From: Macrostomum hystrix
Lineage: Eukaryota; Animalia; Platyhelminthes
NCBI GenBank assembly: GCA_950097015.1
Contig: CATNEN010000024.1
Coordinates: 1,798,001 to 1,862,000 of the forward strand
Reading direction: 5' to 3'
Length of the DNA: 64,000 nucleotides
Shown: in pieces, positions 22,542 through 34,744 of the stretch
Position numbering within the stretch: the stretch's first letter is position 1
Layout: the number at the start of each line of letters is the position of its first letter
The notes under the pieces: model-generated
The model's database searches: none
Seen by the model: the letters and a program-made list of their open reading frames with translations, nothing else
Told to the model about the DNA's origin: nothing
Translations under genes and position numbers: made by a program

Positions 22542-24928
22542 ATGGCGTCGCTGCCAACGCCGCTGCCGCTGGTGCTGCCGCCACTGCTACTGCTGATAAT
22601 GCTGGCTAGTCTGGTACCGACCTACACTGTAACTGGTAAAATGTACATTATTGACTAGGGAAAATGATTTGCACCAAAGAGCCATGCATTACAAGATTGG
22701 GTTGAATTTTTATCCTAAGCTCATAATTTATTGTGAGCAACTTCGATAGTGTACTGTTTGGTTGCTAAGCGAAAAAATAGTCTATAGAAAATTCAGTGAG
22801 GAATAATCAGTGGCTGGTACATCAGTAACCAAACCGTTTTAGCATCCGAAACCATACCATATACCGCGACGTATCCAGACAGTTGAAAACCAAATTAGTT
22901 TTATAGCAGAGGTTGGCAGGTTCTGTGTCGGACAGTAAGCAACTTGCCTTATTTGGCATACTCGTCATGGCTGATTTGTCAAATTTTGATTTTTGTCATC
23001 AAATTTTCAAATTATCAATTTTGGTCGTGAACTACTAAGTGACAATTTTTGCCTATGATTTTCCGGACAGCCAGTCAGCCGATACTGGTCCGGAAAATGG
23101 GGGTTTGGCGGGATATTGTCTCTCCAGTTTCTAGATTCAGACAGCCAGTCAGCCCATACTGGTCCGGAAAATGGGGGTTTGGCGGGATATTGTCTCTCCA
23201 GTTTCTAGATTCAGACAGCCAGTCAGCCGATACTGGTCCGGAAAATGGGGGTTTGGCGGGATATTGTCTCTCCAGTTTCTAGATTCAGACAGCCAGTCAG
23301 CCCATACTGGTCCGGAAAATGGGGGTTTGGCGGGATATTGTCTCTCCAGTTTCTAGATCCAGAGCTCTATGACTGGCTATACACAGCCTCTGAATATGTT
23401 ATCATATGATACCGTAGTTTTGATACCAAGTTCAGAGTTCCTTGGCCAATTCTATTTTCTAGACGGGTGAGGACGAGTCTTTGTCTTTAAATGGTAATCT
23501 ACACTGTCAATCGAGAAATCTTCAATTAAAATTTGCAGCTGCATCGCGATCCGGTTGCACAAAGACCTGCGACCTATTCAGCCAGGAGTGCCTGAACGAA
23601 GAGTGCATTTGCAAACGAACCTGTCAGACAGCAGGACCACCTAGGGTTGGTTTGCTAAGCGAATTCCGTTTAGCTTCATCACAATGGTTTCATAAAAAAC
23701 AGTCATACTAGTTTGAAGGAACTATGCTTCTAGCTTGACCTTAGAGTGGTAGATCTCGGCATGATGGATTTTAAAGCATATTTTTGATTATTAGTACTTG
23801 CTTTACCTACTCAAGTTGCAAGTCGGTAGTGATTTATCTAAATAATTGTATCTACTCATATTTCAATTTAGTTTTGCTTGCTAAGTTTTCGCCAAAAGTT
23901 AGACAATCGGAAGAAATGCATTTAAACGCTTCTTTAATTCCTAGTTAGCCTCACCAGATTGCCACCTTTCTGTACAGGTGTGCACAAACAAAGGATTCGA
24001 ATATCCGTCGAGGTGTCATTTCTTTCGCGATCAGTGCCTGTGCAAGCTTCGCAGCAGCCTGTGTCGTCATAGGGGTGTAGAGTCGGATTACATTCTCATG
24101 TACAGTACTTGCCGCCGAAGATCCGGCAGCTCGAGAGCCATGCCAGGTGAGGTCCACCAGCCAGGTGTAATTTGTATTCGCGATCTTGCAAAAGATCACC
24201 ATTAAAAAATTGGTTATAAATAAAACGAGCGCAATCTACAGCTCCTGAGCCGTTCGGCAGAAAATGCATCAACTACAACAACAGACTGGCAGCGTGGCTG
24301 GGCTACGCGCTCACTTTAAAACTGGTGAGTCCTTTGAAACTGCTACCAAACTGGTCTCTTTTTTTCACCCGTGCCGATTGCATCACTCACAGTCGGAGTC
24401 CATGGTCTCACTCCACGAATTCGAAACCGATGAATATTTAAACGGACTGTACACAAACGAGCTACTGGTATTTGCACCGCTGACGCAGAGAGCTCGCCGA
24501 TTAGCAGAATCATTAACTTACTATCCCTTGGAGACGCTGCAGTTCGACTCCCACATGCCCTCTCTGTGGTTCTGCATCCTGGATTCTGACACTGACGGGT
24601 GAGCGCCACCGTTTGCTGCTTGAAAAAAAAGTGAATAAATTTTCTTGAAGTTTAAGTTCTGATAATGCGAGAAGAGTGCAGTATACGGAGAAATTGCAGC
24701 ATTGCATTTAGAAGACCATTCACCCGCAGCTGGCTGGAAGAGAAGGAGCTGGCACAGCTCACCCGAGTACTGCTGCCTAAGGACGCCTGTATTGAGGCCT
24801 TCATCAGCGGCTGCCTTCAGGGTGGCCCTACAGTCAGCCTTGCCGCATGGCAGGGCCCACACTGCTTCCAGATGCGAGAGGGTGAGCCGCTGGTGCTGTC
24901 GACTTGGGTTGGTTTCTCGAGTAGCTAA
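22542..24928 (+). CDS. SPARC/osteonectin-like secreted protein (signal peptide, follistatin-Kazal domain, EC domain)
   Basis: Phase-consistent exons: 22542-22635 (MASLPTPLPLVLPPLLLLIMLASLVPTYTVT), 23539-23645 (..CTKTCDLFSQECLNEECICKRTCQTAGPPR), 23978-24146 (VCTNKGFEYPSRCHFFRDQCLC..), 24242-24324 (..CINYNNRLAAWLGYAL..), 24393-24598 (..WFCILDSDTDG), 24700 or 24712 to 24881/24928 (WLEEKELAQLTRVLLPKDACIEAFISGC..WQGPHCF). Matches the SPARC pattern SCHFF..C and ELAPL..L.P.EHC...F...C. Last exon boundary uncertain. Confidence 0.85.
23066..23360. repeat. 74-bp tandem repeat x4 in SPARC-like intron 1
   Basis: GACAGCCAGTCAGCC starts recur at 23066, 23140, 23214 and 23288. Confidence 0.97.
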
Positions 24929-25765
24929 GCGAATAGCCCATGTGCAAAATGTAGTTGGGTACTCGAGTGGCTAAGCGAATAGCCCGTGTGCAAAATGTAG
25001 TTGGGTACTCGAGTGGCTAAGCGAATAGCCCGTGTGCAAAATGTAGTTGGGTACTCGAGTGGCTAAGCGAATAGCCCGTGTGCAAAATGTAGTTGGGTAC
25101 TCGAGTAGCTAAGCGAATAGCCCGTGTGCAAAATGTAGTTGGGTACTCGAGTGGCTAAGCGAATAGCCCGTGTGCAAAATGTAGTTGGGTACTCGAGTAG
25201 CTAAGCGAATAGCCCGTGTGCAAAATGTAGTTGGGTACTCGAGTGGCTAAGCGAATAGCCCGTGTGCAAAATGTAGTTGGGTACTCGAGTAGCTAAGCGA
25301 ATAGCCCGTGTGCAAAATGTAGTTGGGTACTCGAGTGGCTAAGCGAATAGCCCGTGTGCAAAATGTAGGTCGTAGTTGGGTACTCGAGTAGCTAAGCGAA
25401 TAGCCCGTGTGCAAAATGTAGGTCGTAGTTGGGTACTCGAGTGGCTAAGCGAATAGCCCGTGTGCAAAATGTAGTTGGGTACTCGAGTGGCTAAGCGAAT
25501 AGCCCGTGTGCAAAATGTAGTTGGGTACTCGAGTGGCTAAGCGAATAGCCCGTGTGCAAAATGTAGTTGGGTACTCGAGTGGCTAAGCGAATAGCCCGTG
25601 TGCAAAATGTAGGTCGTAGTTGGGTACTCGAGTGGCTAAGCGAATAGCCCGTGTGCAAAATGTAGTTGGGTACTCGAGTGGCTAAGCGAATAGCCCGTGT
25701 GCAAAATGTAGGTCGTAGTTGGGTACTCGAGTAGCTAAGCGAATAGCCCGTGTGCAAAATGTAGT
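24915..25765. repeat. 46-bp minisatellite (CTAAGCGAATAGCCCGTGTGCAAAATGTAGTTGGGTACTCGAGTGG) with 53-bp variants
   Basis: About 18 units; some carry a 7-bp insertion GTCGTAG. Confidence 0.97.
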
Positions 25766-27182
25766 CGACATGAGGATTATTATGAGGATAACTGAGGATT
25801 ATGATGCTGGACTGGATTCCAGGATATAAGTGTCATGTGACAAAATCAATAAGCTTTTTTCTAACTTTCAGTTTCATATATACTACAAAAAAATTTTTTC
25901 GGGAACTTTATTAAACTTATTGACTCACTAATAAGCTTCTGCTATAGAGGAGGAAATCGATGGACTTATCTGGCGTGAATAATTTTATTATGAAAGTAGA
26001 TTGTTGGTCTGCTAAAACAACTTTGCATCGGGCGCATTTCGCAGAAATCGAAACAAAGAAATAGCGTTAATTTGCATGCATCAGAGTAGAGCGCGTTTGA
26101 GTACAGTATTTGAGTACGGTACTGACTATGTTAGCGAATCCAAGCCTTGGTGCTAGAGCAGTGTCTGTGCGAGTCGGGGTGTGTTGTTGTGATTGTGATC
26201 CACACGTGCCTTGGCTAGTACATTCATCGCGTAATAATCCTTTCTCAGATATTTTCGAATATGGGAGAATTGGTTTAAAGTCATAGATTAAGCAGCAAAA
26301 TGTGTGCAAAAAAACAAAAAAATGTTCTATGAATGGGCTGTTAGAGTCTGCGGAAGGAGGAGTTCTGCCATGAAGCACAAACAAACCTACCCTTGAATAT
26401 CTAATTTCAGGTGACATCAAATCATCGTGCGACATCTGATCTTCAACCAGACGCTTAAACAAGAAGCCTCCTTAGACTAACTCATCTGTCAGTTTTTCCA
26501 CCAATTGAGAAGTTTTGTGTTTTTGTAAGATTAGGGCAAGGCGTAAAACATGGCTACATTATCTACGAGCGTATTAAGGAGCAGATCAATGAAAAAAATA
26601 TGATTAGAGGAGAAAGTTTCTTGCTAATTATGCGAAACAAAACAGCTTGAATGAGCACTTCAACTTAAAATTAGCTCATAGGTGCTGCAATCTGCGAGAG
26701 TATTGGAAGCTGATTGTACCACTTTAATCTGTGAGCTCAGAGTTTATTGTTGCTAACTGACATGCAGATAATACTGTCATACTATGTTTCTCATCAATAA
26801 TTTTTCGACCTAGGTCACAGGTGTTGTGATGAGCCGCAAGCAAGCAAGTTCGTGCACAATTTTTTGATAGCGAAGCTTTTAGAAACTGCTGTGACAGGCC
26901 CAGAACACCATCTGCTAATACGAGCTATGTTAATGTGCGAATTAGTCTATTAAATATTAAATATGTCTGTCAGCCGACAATGAAAGCTTTCATTTGAATC
27001 TACTCATGACTTGCAAATTTAGACAGATGTTTTAGTTTTTGTTTTCATGTGGTCGAGTGGGTTTTAGTTGAACTTTTTAATCTTTGCTTTCGCCTACCAA
27101 CTTCCGAGAATTGCCACTATAATCATGTTTTTTCTACGTACTAAAGAGGCAGAGGTTCATTTTCGGCTCGGATTGTGTGCAT

Positions 27183-30100
27183 TTATAGCGCATTGCAGGT
27201 GCTGCTGTGGGTGGGCTTTCGAAAATGCTGCTGTATCTTCGCTTCCTCCTCCTCCTGTTGCTGTTCTTGTTCTTGTTCCAATGGTGGATCCATCGCTTGT
27301 CTATCGTGTCGGCCCAGTAGGAAGTAAGTCCTCATCAGGCCTTTGCCTTTGATGTTCACCTCGCCACGGCCCTCGAATTTGAAGCCACCATCGCTATCGA
27401 CTAACGCTCTAAAATAAAGTTCATAACGTTCTTTGCCTAGCCAATTCAAAGTTCAAAATGAAGTAGGCCAAATAACAAAGATACTAATAGGAAAGGTTAA
27501 TTGGATAGGCGCCTTGAGATCGACACAGATTGAGTCGATATACTATGAGTCTACTCACTATGAACATTGGTGAGTAGTGAGTAGAGATGTCGATGAAAGA
27601 ATGAAGGTTGAGTTAGGTGGGTGTCAGAGTGAGGTGGGTGTCGGAGTGAGGTGGGTGTCGGAGTGTGGTGGGTGTCGGAGTGAGGTGGGTGTCGGAGTGG
27701 GGTGGGTGTCGGGGTGAGGTGGGTGTCGGAGAGAGGTGGGTGTCATGGCATCCATCCACAGACGCGGACTGACTCACGCGTAAGACTCCGGGCTGACGTG
27801 AATCCGGCTGGGCAATCCGTGGCTCTCCATGCGCGAGGCCACATTGACCGTGTCGCCGAACAGGCAGAAACGGGGCATCTTGTCGCCCACAACGCCTGCT
27901 ACAGTTGGTCCGGTGTGAATCCCGACGCGAATCTGGGAGTTTATGTGAGTGATGTGAGAGGATTGCAACAAATAATCCCTCATAAAAGTTAAGATTCAGC
28001 AGATGCGACTAGAAATTGGCTCCTGAATTTCTAATTAAACTTAGAAATCAGCGAACCTGCAGCGGCTGCCCCGTAACCGGAGAGCAGACCTTTCCCGCGG
28101 CCTCCAGCATGTCCATAGCCTGCTCAGCGACCATCTCCGCGTGCAGCTGAGTGCGCTCGGGCACACCACCGACCACCATGTAGGCGTCACCTATCGTCTC
28201 CACTTTGTAGACTTTATTCACCTCCGTGGCTTGGTCGAAAAGAGAATAAAGGCTGTTGAGCATGTCCACAACGTCCATCGGTGTGCACTGGCTCGCAATG
28301 TCCGTGAAAGTAACAATGTCCGAGAACAGTATGGTGCAGATGTCGTACTTTTCTGAAAGCGAGGTTAGCTTGCGTAAATTAGAAAGAGAAAGGGACTAGC
28401 GGTTATATAAAGTCAGATTTTTTAGGGTCGGATGGTGGAGTGGCATCGCGTCCGATTCTCGCACTAGTTCATGAGTTCGAATCCGCAACGAAGCCCCATT
28501 TGTTTGGGACACAGCCGCGGAGAGAAGGCTTGGGGTTTGTCGGGCAATGCATATGCCCGTAGGCCAACCCCAAGGTAGGATGATAGGAAATTCAGGACAG
28601 ATACACACACCCTGTGTGAGCGTGTGGCTGCATAACGCAATCTTTCTGCCTGTATTTAAGGTCAGTGGAATGGGCAGAATTGCCAAACACACTGGAGTCA
28701 AGGCCGCAGTGCCCGGAGACAGGGTTTGGGCTTGCAGTCGCTCTGTTTCGCCCCTTGGCTACATACCAGCTTATAAGCGACAGATTTTCAAAAGTAATTC
28801 TCTCAGATGCACTCTAATGATGTGAGAAGTCTTTGTCCGAAAAATCTCGAACTCTTTGTTCACTCGTACCGGCTTTGACCTTCTTGCCATCCAGCAGCTG
28901 CTTCGCCACCTTCGCAGGTAGCATCTGGGACAGCAGGGTGTAGGTCTTATGCTTCTCGACCTCAAGCTCAGCCGTCATGCGCCGCATCTGATAGGTCATC
29001 TCGTCCAGCTGCCGGCTGATGCCGATCTCGGCCAGCCGCTGCTGATTCACCTGCAGCAGCTCCCTTGTGACGTCATAGAGCGGCAGGTCGGACATGCAGA
29101 GCCGCTTCTCCATCATCTCGCTGAGCGTGAGCACCCGCGGCGAGCAGAAGAACAGAAAAAGATGCGTGTCGTCCATGTAGATCATTTGGCCTGCGATGGG
29201 ATTCCGGGGCTCATCTCGGCGCATTGTCTAATTAATTCCCCGCAGCGGACTCTTTCCCGCTGTCATTAATCCTCTTTAAAACTGCGCCAGCGCCAGGACG
29301 ATGGGAGATGATGAGAAAGAAAGCAATTTTCCACTGAACGAATTATCTCCAAGGCCGGTCAGGGTTTTTTCACTGTCATTTGCGAATCCCGAAATGAGCA
29401 GCGCCGAATTCTGAGTCTCGAGCCAGGTCTAATCACTTAATTAGAATGCGCGTGAGGAGATTAGCGAAGGAACAAAGGAATAGCTCTGGGCATAAAGATT
29501 TGGAGCTTGATTGTACTCAACAGTCTTGTTTGTGAACTCTAATTCAACTTGATTGAAGAAACTCACTAGAAATTGGTCTTTAGCAGCTATATGGCAACTT
29601 CAATATGATCATCTGATCAGTGCAGTCTGTCTTTTGTGCTAAAAAAATCGAATTTGTGATGTATAATGACGTTTTTCAGGTCCGAAACGTTTTGTGGACA
29701 TCTATTATACTTCTTATGAAGTCAAATGTCTATGGGTTTTTAAGGCAATAACTCCCACAGATTTACCGTCCAGAATAGTATAGTATTCTAGATTATTATA
29801 ATAACTATATTATAAGAACTATATTATTATAGTATTCAAATAATATAGTATGTAGTAATATAGTATAGTAGAAATAATACGTATAGAGGCACAACACCAC
29901 AAACCCACAAGCATGAAAAAATGAAAAGCGTTTGTCGACGGTAGTACGTAGAATTCATCACAACGCCTAATGACGAGAAAGCAAGGCTGTTTAAAATGTG
30001 AGTGAGGCCAACGGATGGGGCATTTGAAATAGCCTTAAGCGCCTCCAGAATCAGCTGCGACTCAATGCTGAACTAGCCATCGCTCACCCTTCAGCAGTAA

Positions 30101-33100
30101 AGACGTCTCAGGCGATAAGTCATTCGGACCTTTGCGCAGCAGCAGAGTGAAGGCGCTGTTGAGAAAGCGCCGAATAAAGCTGGCTGAGAAAGCCACTGGC
30201 GGGTTGACTAGGTCGCACACCTCTGTGAGGCGCACCGGTTTGGTTGGCGAGCGCAACGCGTGACAGACCGTCTGGATGCCGACGCCGCTCTGCCGCACCA
30301 GCAGCTGGTCGTCGAACACAATATGATAAGGAAAGTGGCGAATGAACGAGCGCACGGTGATGTGGCTGCTCGTTGGGCACCAGGGCTGGAAGTAGTCCTC
30401 CAGGCTCACCACCAGCGATCCGGTCGATGTGAAGGTGACGAGCAGCTTCGCGTGAGTTCGATAGCGACTCTCAGCCGGAAAGTCGGTCTCCACGTTGAGC
30501 ACCTTCAGTTGGATTTCTGTACCGAAGATCTCTTTGGCAACTGTAGTCAGCATGCCTGGACAATGGTCATAAAATTGTACACGGAAATTGCAATCCATGA
30601 CTGTTCATTATCAAGCTATGCGGAAAACCAACAGGTATAAATCACCTTTAATCCAGCTAGTCAGGCCCGACCTGGCGCTGTAGTAATGGAGAATGAAGTC
30701 TCCGGAGTCCTCGTAGTTGCAGCTGCAACAGTTTATTATCGCAGGTTTCTGTTAGGCTTCTGTCAGGCGAGAGTACGATGTGCCAGGCCTCTCAGGGCCA
30801 GAAAAAATTCTATTTTTAGACATTAGACATTAAGCATTGACATCACAACGAGCTTCTTTAAACAACTTTGTGCCCGTTAGTGAGCGTCGGACTAAGGATT
30901 TGAAGGTCGGGAGTTCGATTCCCGACTCCACTGGAAAAATTTGTGTCCGTTAGTAAGAAACTTAACTCTGCATTGCTTCAGTTAACTCTGCTGTTAGATG
31001 GGTATCGACATCAGCTGGGGTAATTGAGGGTGGTTGTGCGTCTGTCCCCCCAGTCCATGGACTGAACAGCTGTAGCTGCGGCCATAAAAAAATATATTAA
31101 TTTTTAATACTTATTTTTATAATTATTAATATATCCGTTTTCTTACATTTTAATTAAAGAAGCATAAAGCTCGGATTTGAAGTATTGGCTAGAGATTGAT
31201 CCTACATCTTAATGGCTAAACTTGTACTCGAAACTGATAACGCCTTACTAAAACATCGGTTTTGCAGATACAATGGATCCTTCTCAGCGTACGAGCTTGA
31301 GATGACATAGAACATATACGAGCGTAGATGATATTCATTTCATTTTTTGTGTGAATGTTCCGTTCTTTAAAGTTATTTTACTTCACATCAATACATTTTA
31401 CCTGTCTCAAAACACAAAAGCTTTCGCTTGTTGCCATGTGCATGTTCAAAGCATTTTATTATGTAGTTAAGGTAAAATAAAGCCTGCATAATTTAAACAC
31501 TTTTGCACCTTTAACAGTAGACTCTCACGAAAATCTTCATCCGGTTTGGCAGGTATCGTGAAGTTGGCAGTGGTTATTTAAAATTCCCCCTGATCTTTCC
31601 AATAGCGTGGTCGTTGTGCTGTTAATAGTTCATGTATTGAAGGAGTTAAAAAATGCTGCAGAACCCACCTGAACGATGGTGGCACCATGCCTTTATTGTC
31701 AATCTGCAGGTAGTCGTGCAGCGAGTCCAGATTGCGAATAAACTTCTTCAGGTCCTGACCGAGCGTGTAGATCATCTTGTCGTAGCCGTGTCGCCTGAAG
31801 TACTTGAAGAAGTAGCGACCGAACATTTCATAGAGGTCGTCCTTGCTCATGCCTGCATGGATAGCCATTAATTGCGACTTCAGTTCTTAATTATCGCTCA
31901 TGATAGGGGTAGCCAGTGCCAGATCGGTTAACGCGTCTGCACTTCGCACCAAGGTCCCTGAGCTCGATCTGCGGCGAGGCCCCATTAAATTGGGCGCAGC
32001 GACGGAGAGAAGGCTTGGCGGCTTATCGTGCAATTTACGCCTTTGAGAGCCAACCTCCAAGGCACAGTGGCAGTGTACACTGCCTGACGATGAGAAAGTC
32101 AGGGCAGATGTATCACCTGTGTGAGTGTATGCCTGCGTACAGTAGATCTGTGTGCGTGTGTGCTCAAGAGTCAGCGAAATGGGCAGAATTGCCTCCTCGC
32201 TGGCTGCGGGTCTAGTGTCATAGTGTCAAAGATATATTGCCATTGCCCAAAGCCCGCCTGCAATAATTATTATTATAACATGGATACAGCACAATAGACA
32301 CACATTATTAATTCTCAAAAAATGGATATTTTTTGTTCTCTAGGCAATTTGTTAACCAGATGCTAGAAGCATCCGCTGATTTCTTCACGGACCATTGTTT
32401 ATTGGATAAACGAGACCATGTACAGCGCATCTGTCGGGTCATCTGTCAGAGTTGTTATCAGACAGAACGATGGGGATTTAATGATAGACTCAATGCCCTA
32501 TTTTTAACGATTGCACAGAGGAAACTGAAGCATAGGCCTTGGTTGTTCGGTTCCCTGTAACTAAAGCAGAGCAGGTGGAACTGGTGACACAATGCCTTTT
32601 GAGCAAGAGTGCAGGAATTTTTAGATTTTTCTTCAGCAGGGGTAAAGAAGTCACACGAAAGGGTACGTGGTTATTATCATTCACTTGCACAAGAAATAAT
32701 GGATCAGTTTCACTTCATCAGAGGTTCACTTTGCTGCAGCCCAACAACACCAAAATTTCACTTTCCTGAAGTTTCACTTCCCTGAAGTTTCACTTCCCTG
32801 AAGTTTCACTTCCCTGAAGTTTCACTTCCCTGAAGTTTCACTTCCCTGAAGTTTCACTTCCCTGAAGTTTAACTTCCGTGAAGTTTCGCTTCCGTGAGTT
32901 TCACTTCCTTGAATTTCCAGTTCACTAAACTAACACTTCTCTGAATTTATTTTTCACTGCCGTAACGCTGAGCAGCAGGAGGAACAGAGATCTCACCCAG
33001 CTCTTTCCTGGCCGCTTCAACCATGCCGTAGAACATTGTGTCAGGATAGCAGTGGAACATGCGAAAGTCGCGGTTATCGTCCAGGTTGCAGCTCATTCTG

Positions 33101-34434
33101 GAGGTTATTATCGAATTTAAACAAAAAAAATTTTTCGGGGTATTATAAAAGCGCGCTAATTCTGCTGAACTCATAAAAATCACGAAATGCTGCTAATAAA
33201 GCTGACTTACATGACATTCTGCCAAGCATTCTTTGACGGCTGGTCCAGCATCATCTCCTTGAAGCAGATGTGGATGTGGCCGTACTGAAATAGTTTTTAA
33301 GTGTTGAGGAAGGCAAAGTTTGTCTTGAAGTTCCTGCAACGATGCTACTCGACTCTCTAGCTAAAATTCTACACGACGTTGTTGCTACGATTCTACTCGA
33401 CGCTGTTGCTACGATTCTACTCGACGCTGTTGCTACGATTCTACTCGACGCTGTTGCTATGATTCTACTCGACGCTGTTGCTACGATTCTACTCGACGCT
33501 GTTGCTACGATTCTACTCGACGCTGTTGCTATGATTCTACTCGACGCTGTTGCTACGATTCTACTCGACGCTGTTGCTACGATTCTACTCGACGCTGTTG
33601 CTATGATTCTACTCGACGCTGTTGCTACGATTCTACTCGACGCTGTTGCTATGATTCTACTCGACGCTGTTGCTACGATTCTACTCGACGCTGTTGCTAC
33701 GATTCTACTCGACGCTGTTGCTATGATTCTACTCGACGCTGTTGCTACGATTCTACTCGACGCTGTTGCTACGATTCTACTCGACGCTGTTGCTACGATT
33801 CTACTCGACGCTGTTGCTACGATTCTACTCGACGCTGTTGCTATGATTCTACTCGACGCTGTTGCTACGATTCTACTCGACGCTGTTGCTACGATTCTAC
33901 TCGACGCTGTTGCTATGATTCTACTCGACGCTGTTGCTACGATTCTACTCGACGCTGTTGCTACGATTCTACTCGACGCTGTTGCTATGATTCTACTCGA
34001 CGCTGTTGCTACGATTCTACTCGACGCTGTTGCTACGATTCTACTCGACGCTGTTGCTATGATTCTACTCGACGCTGTTGCTACGATTCTACTCGACGCT
34101 GTTGCTATGATTCTACTCGACGCTGTTGCTACGATTCTACTCGACGCTGTTGCTACGATTCTACTCGACGCTGTTGCTATGATTCTACTCGACGCTGTTG
34201 CTACGATTCTACTCGACGCTGTTGCTACGATTCTACTCGACGCTGTTGCTATGATTCTACTCGACGCTGTTGCTACGATTCTACTCGACGCTGTTGCTAC
34301 GATTCCACTATCAAGTATTTGCTTTTTCTTAGGCTAAAATAGTTTCATCACAGCAAAGCAAACTCAAATAAAATTATTACGACAGAGAAATATGCTATTA
34401 GTAGCTCTACATATCTCGTGAACATGCTTACCAT
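27183..34434 (-). CDS. Soluble guanylate cyclase beta subunit, GUCY1B2-like (H-NOX, PAS/HNOBA, coiled coil, cyclase, CaaX)
   Basis: Phase-consistent exons: 34432-34434 (ATG then GTAAGC), 33211-33284 ([12 protein letters not shown]..), 32997-33097, 31669-31852 (..LDSLHDYL.., heme-ligand His), 30646-30722 (HYYSAR, YxSxR motif), 30088-30555, 28870-29190 (NQQRLAE..LLSQMLP..VA.QL), 28057-28352 ([19 protein letters not shown]), 27778-27932 ([26 protein letters not shown]), 27183-27408 (..[15 protein letters not shown]). Confidence 0.95.
27615..27745. repeat. 17-bp minisatellite (GTGAGGTGGGTGTCGGA)
   Basis: About 7 units in the last cyclase intron. Confidence 0.93.
28425..28690 (+). mobile_element. 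Diverged family-B SINE copy
   Basis: GGGTCGGATGGTGGAGTGG..GAGTTCGAATCCG head; GCCGCGGAGAGAAGGCTTGGGG and GGTCAGTGGAATGGGCAGAATTGCC shared with other copies; sequence differs after TTGCC. Confidence 0.7.
30876..31084 (+). mobile_element. CORE-like SINE family A copy (trimmed at both ends)
   Basis: GTTCGATTCCCG B box; TTGTGTCCGTTAGTAAGAAACTTAACTCTGC; CCAGTCCATGGACTGAACAGCTGTA matches the 11684-11995 element. Confidence 0.85.
31906..32277 (+). mobile_element. Family-B SINE copy in cyclase intron
   Basis: tRNA-like head, full body, GCCTCCTCGCTGGC at 32191-32204, TAGTGTCA duplication, (ATT)n tail. Confidence 0.88.
32755..32925. repeat. 16-bp minisatellite (TTCACTTCCCTGAAGT)
   Basis: About 10 units. 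Confidence 0.93.
33365..34310. repeat. 24-bp minisatellite (TTCTACTCGACGCTGTTGCTA(C/T)GA) in cyclase intron 1
   Basis: About 39 units; the 331-aa ORF 33342-34337 is its translation. Confidence 0.97.
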
Positions 34435-34744
34435 GCTTATAAGCGTAGCTCAAAAGATTTTGGACTATTGAAGAAATCTGCTGCTCAGTATAACAGCCTT
34501 TTGCTAGCACTCTTTTGAAGCTTCAGAGAGGACTTTTAGATTACTAGCCCGGCCTCTTTTATAATTTAGGCCCCCGCCTTAAAGCCACTGTGATTGGGCG
34601 CCCAAAAGCCTAACTTGACGCTTCAGAGTTGTCTAGAGGCATATTACTGAATCGACAACGACATTACCTAATTGACAAGCACATTACAGTATTTACAAGC
34701 ACACTACAGAATCGACCAGCACATTGCAGCATGGACAAAAACAT

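Noticed and set aside
26067-26462. 131-aa minus-strand ORF
   Set aside because: No recognisable family and AT-rich composition; cannot be supported as a gene or transposon.
32084-32102. Hammerhead-like CTGACGA..GAAA in SINE-B
   Set aside because: Only 3 nt lie between the motifs, so there is no stem II, and CUGANGA is not conserved in other copies.
33342-34337. 331-aa hydrophobic ORF (ILLDAVAT)n
   Set aside because: 24-bp satellite, antisense within cyclase intron 1.
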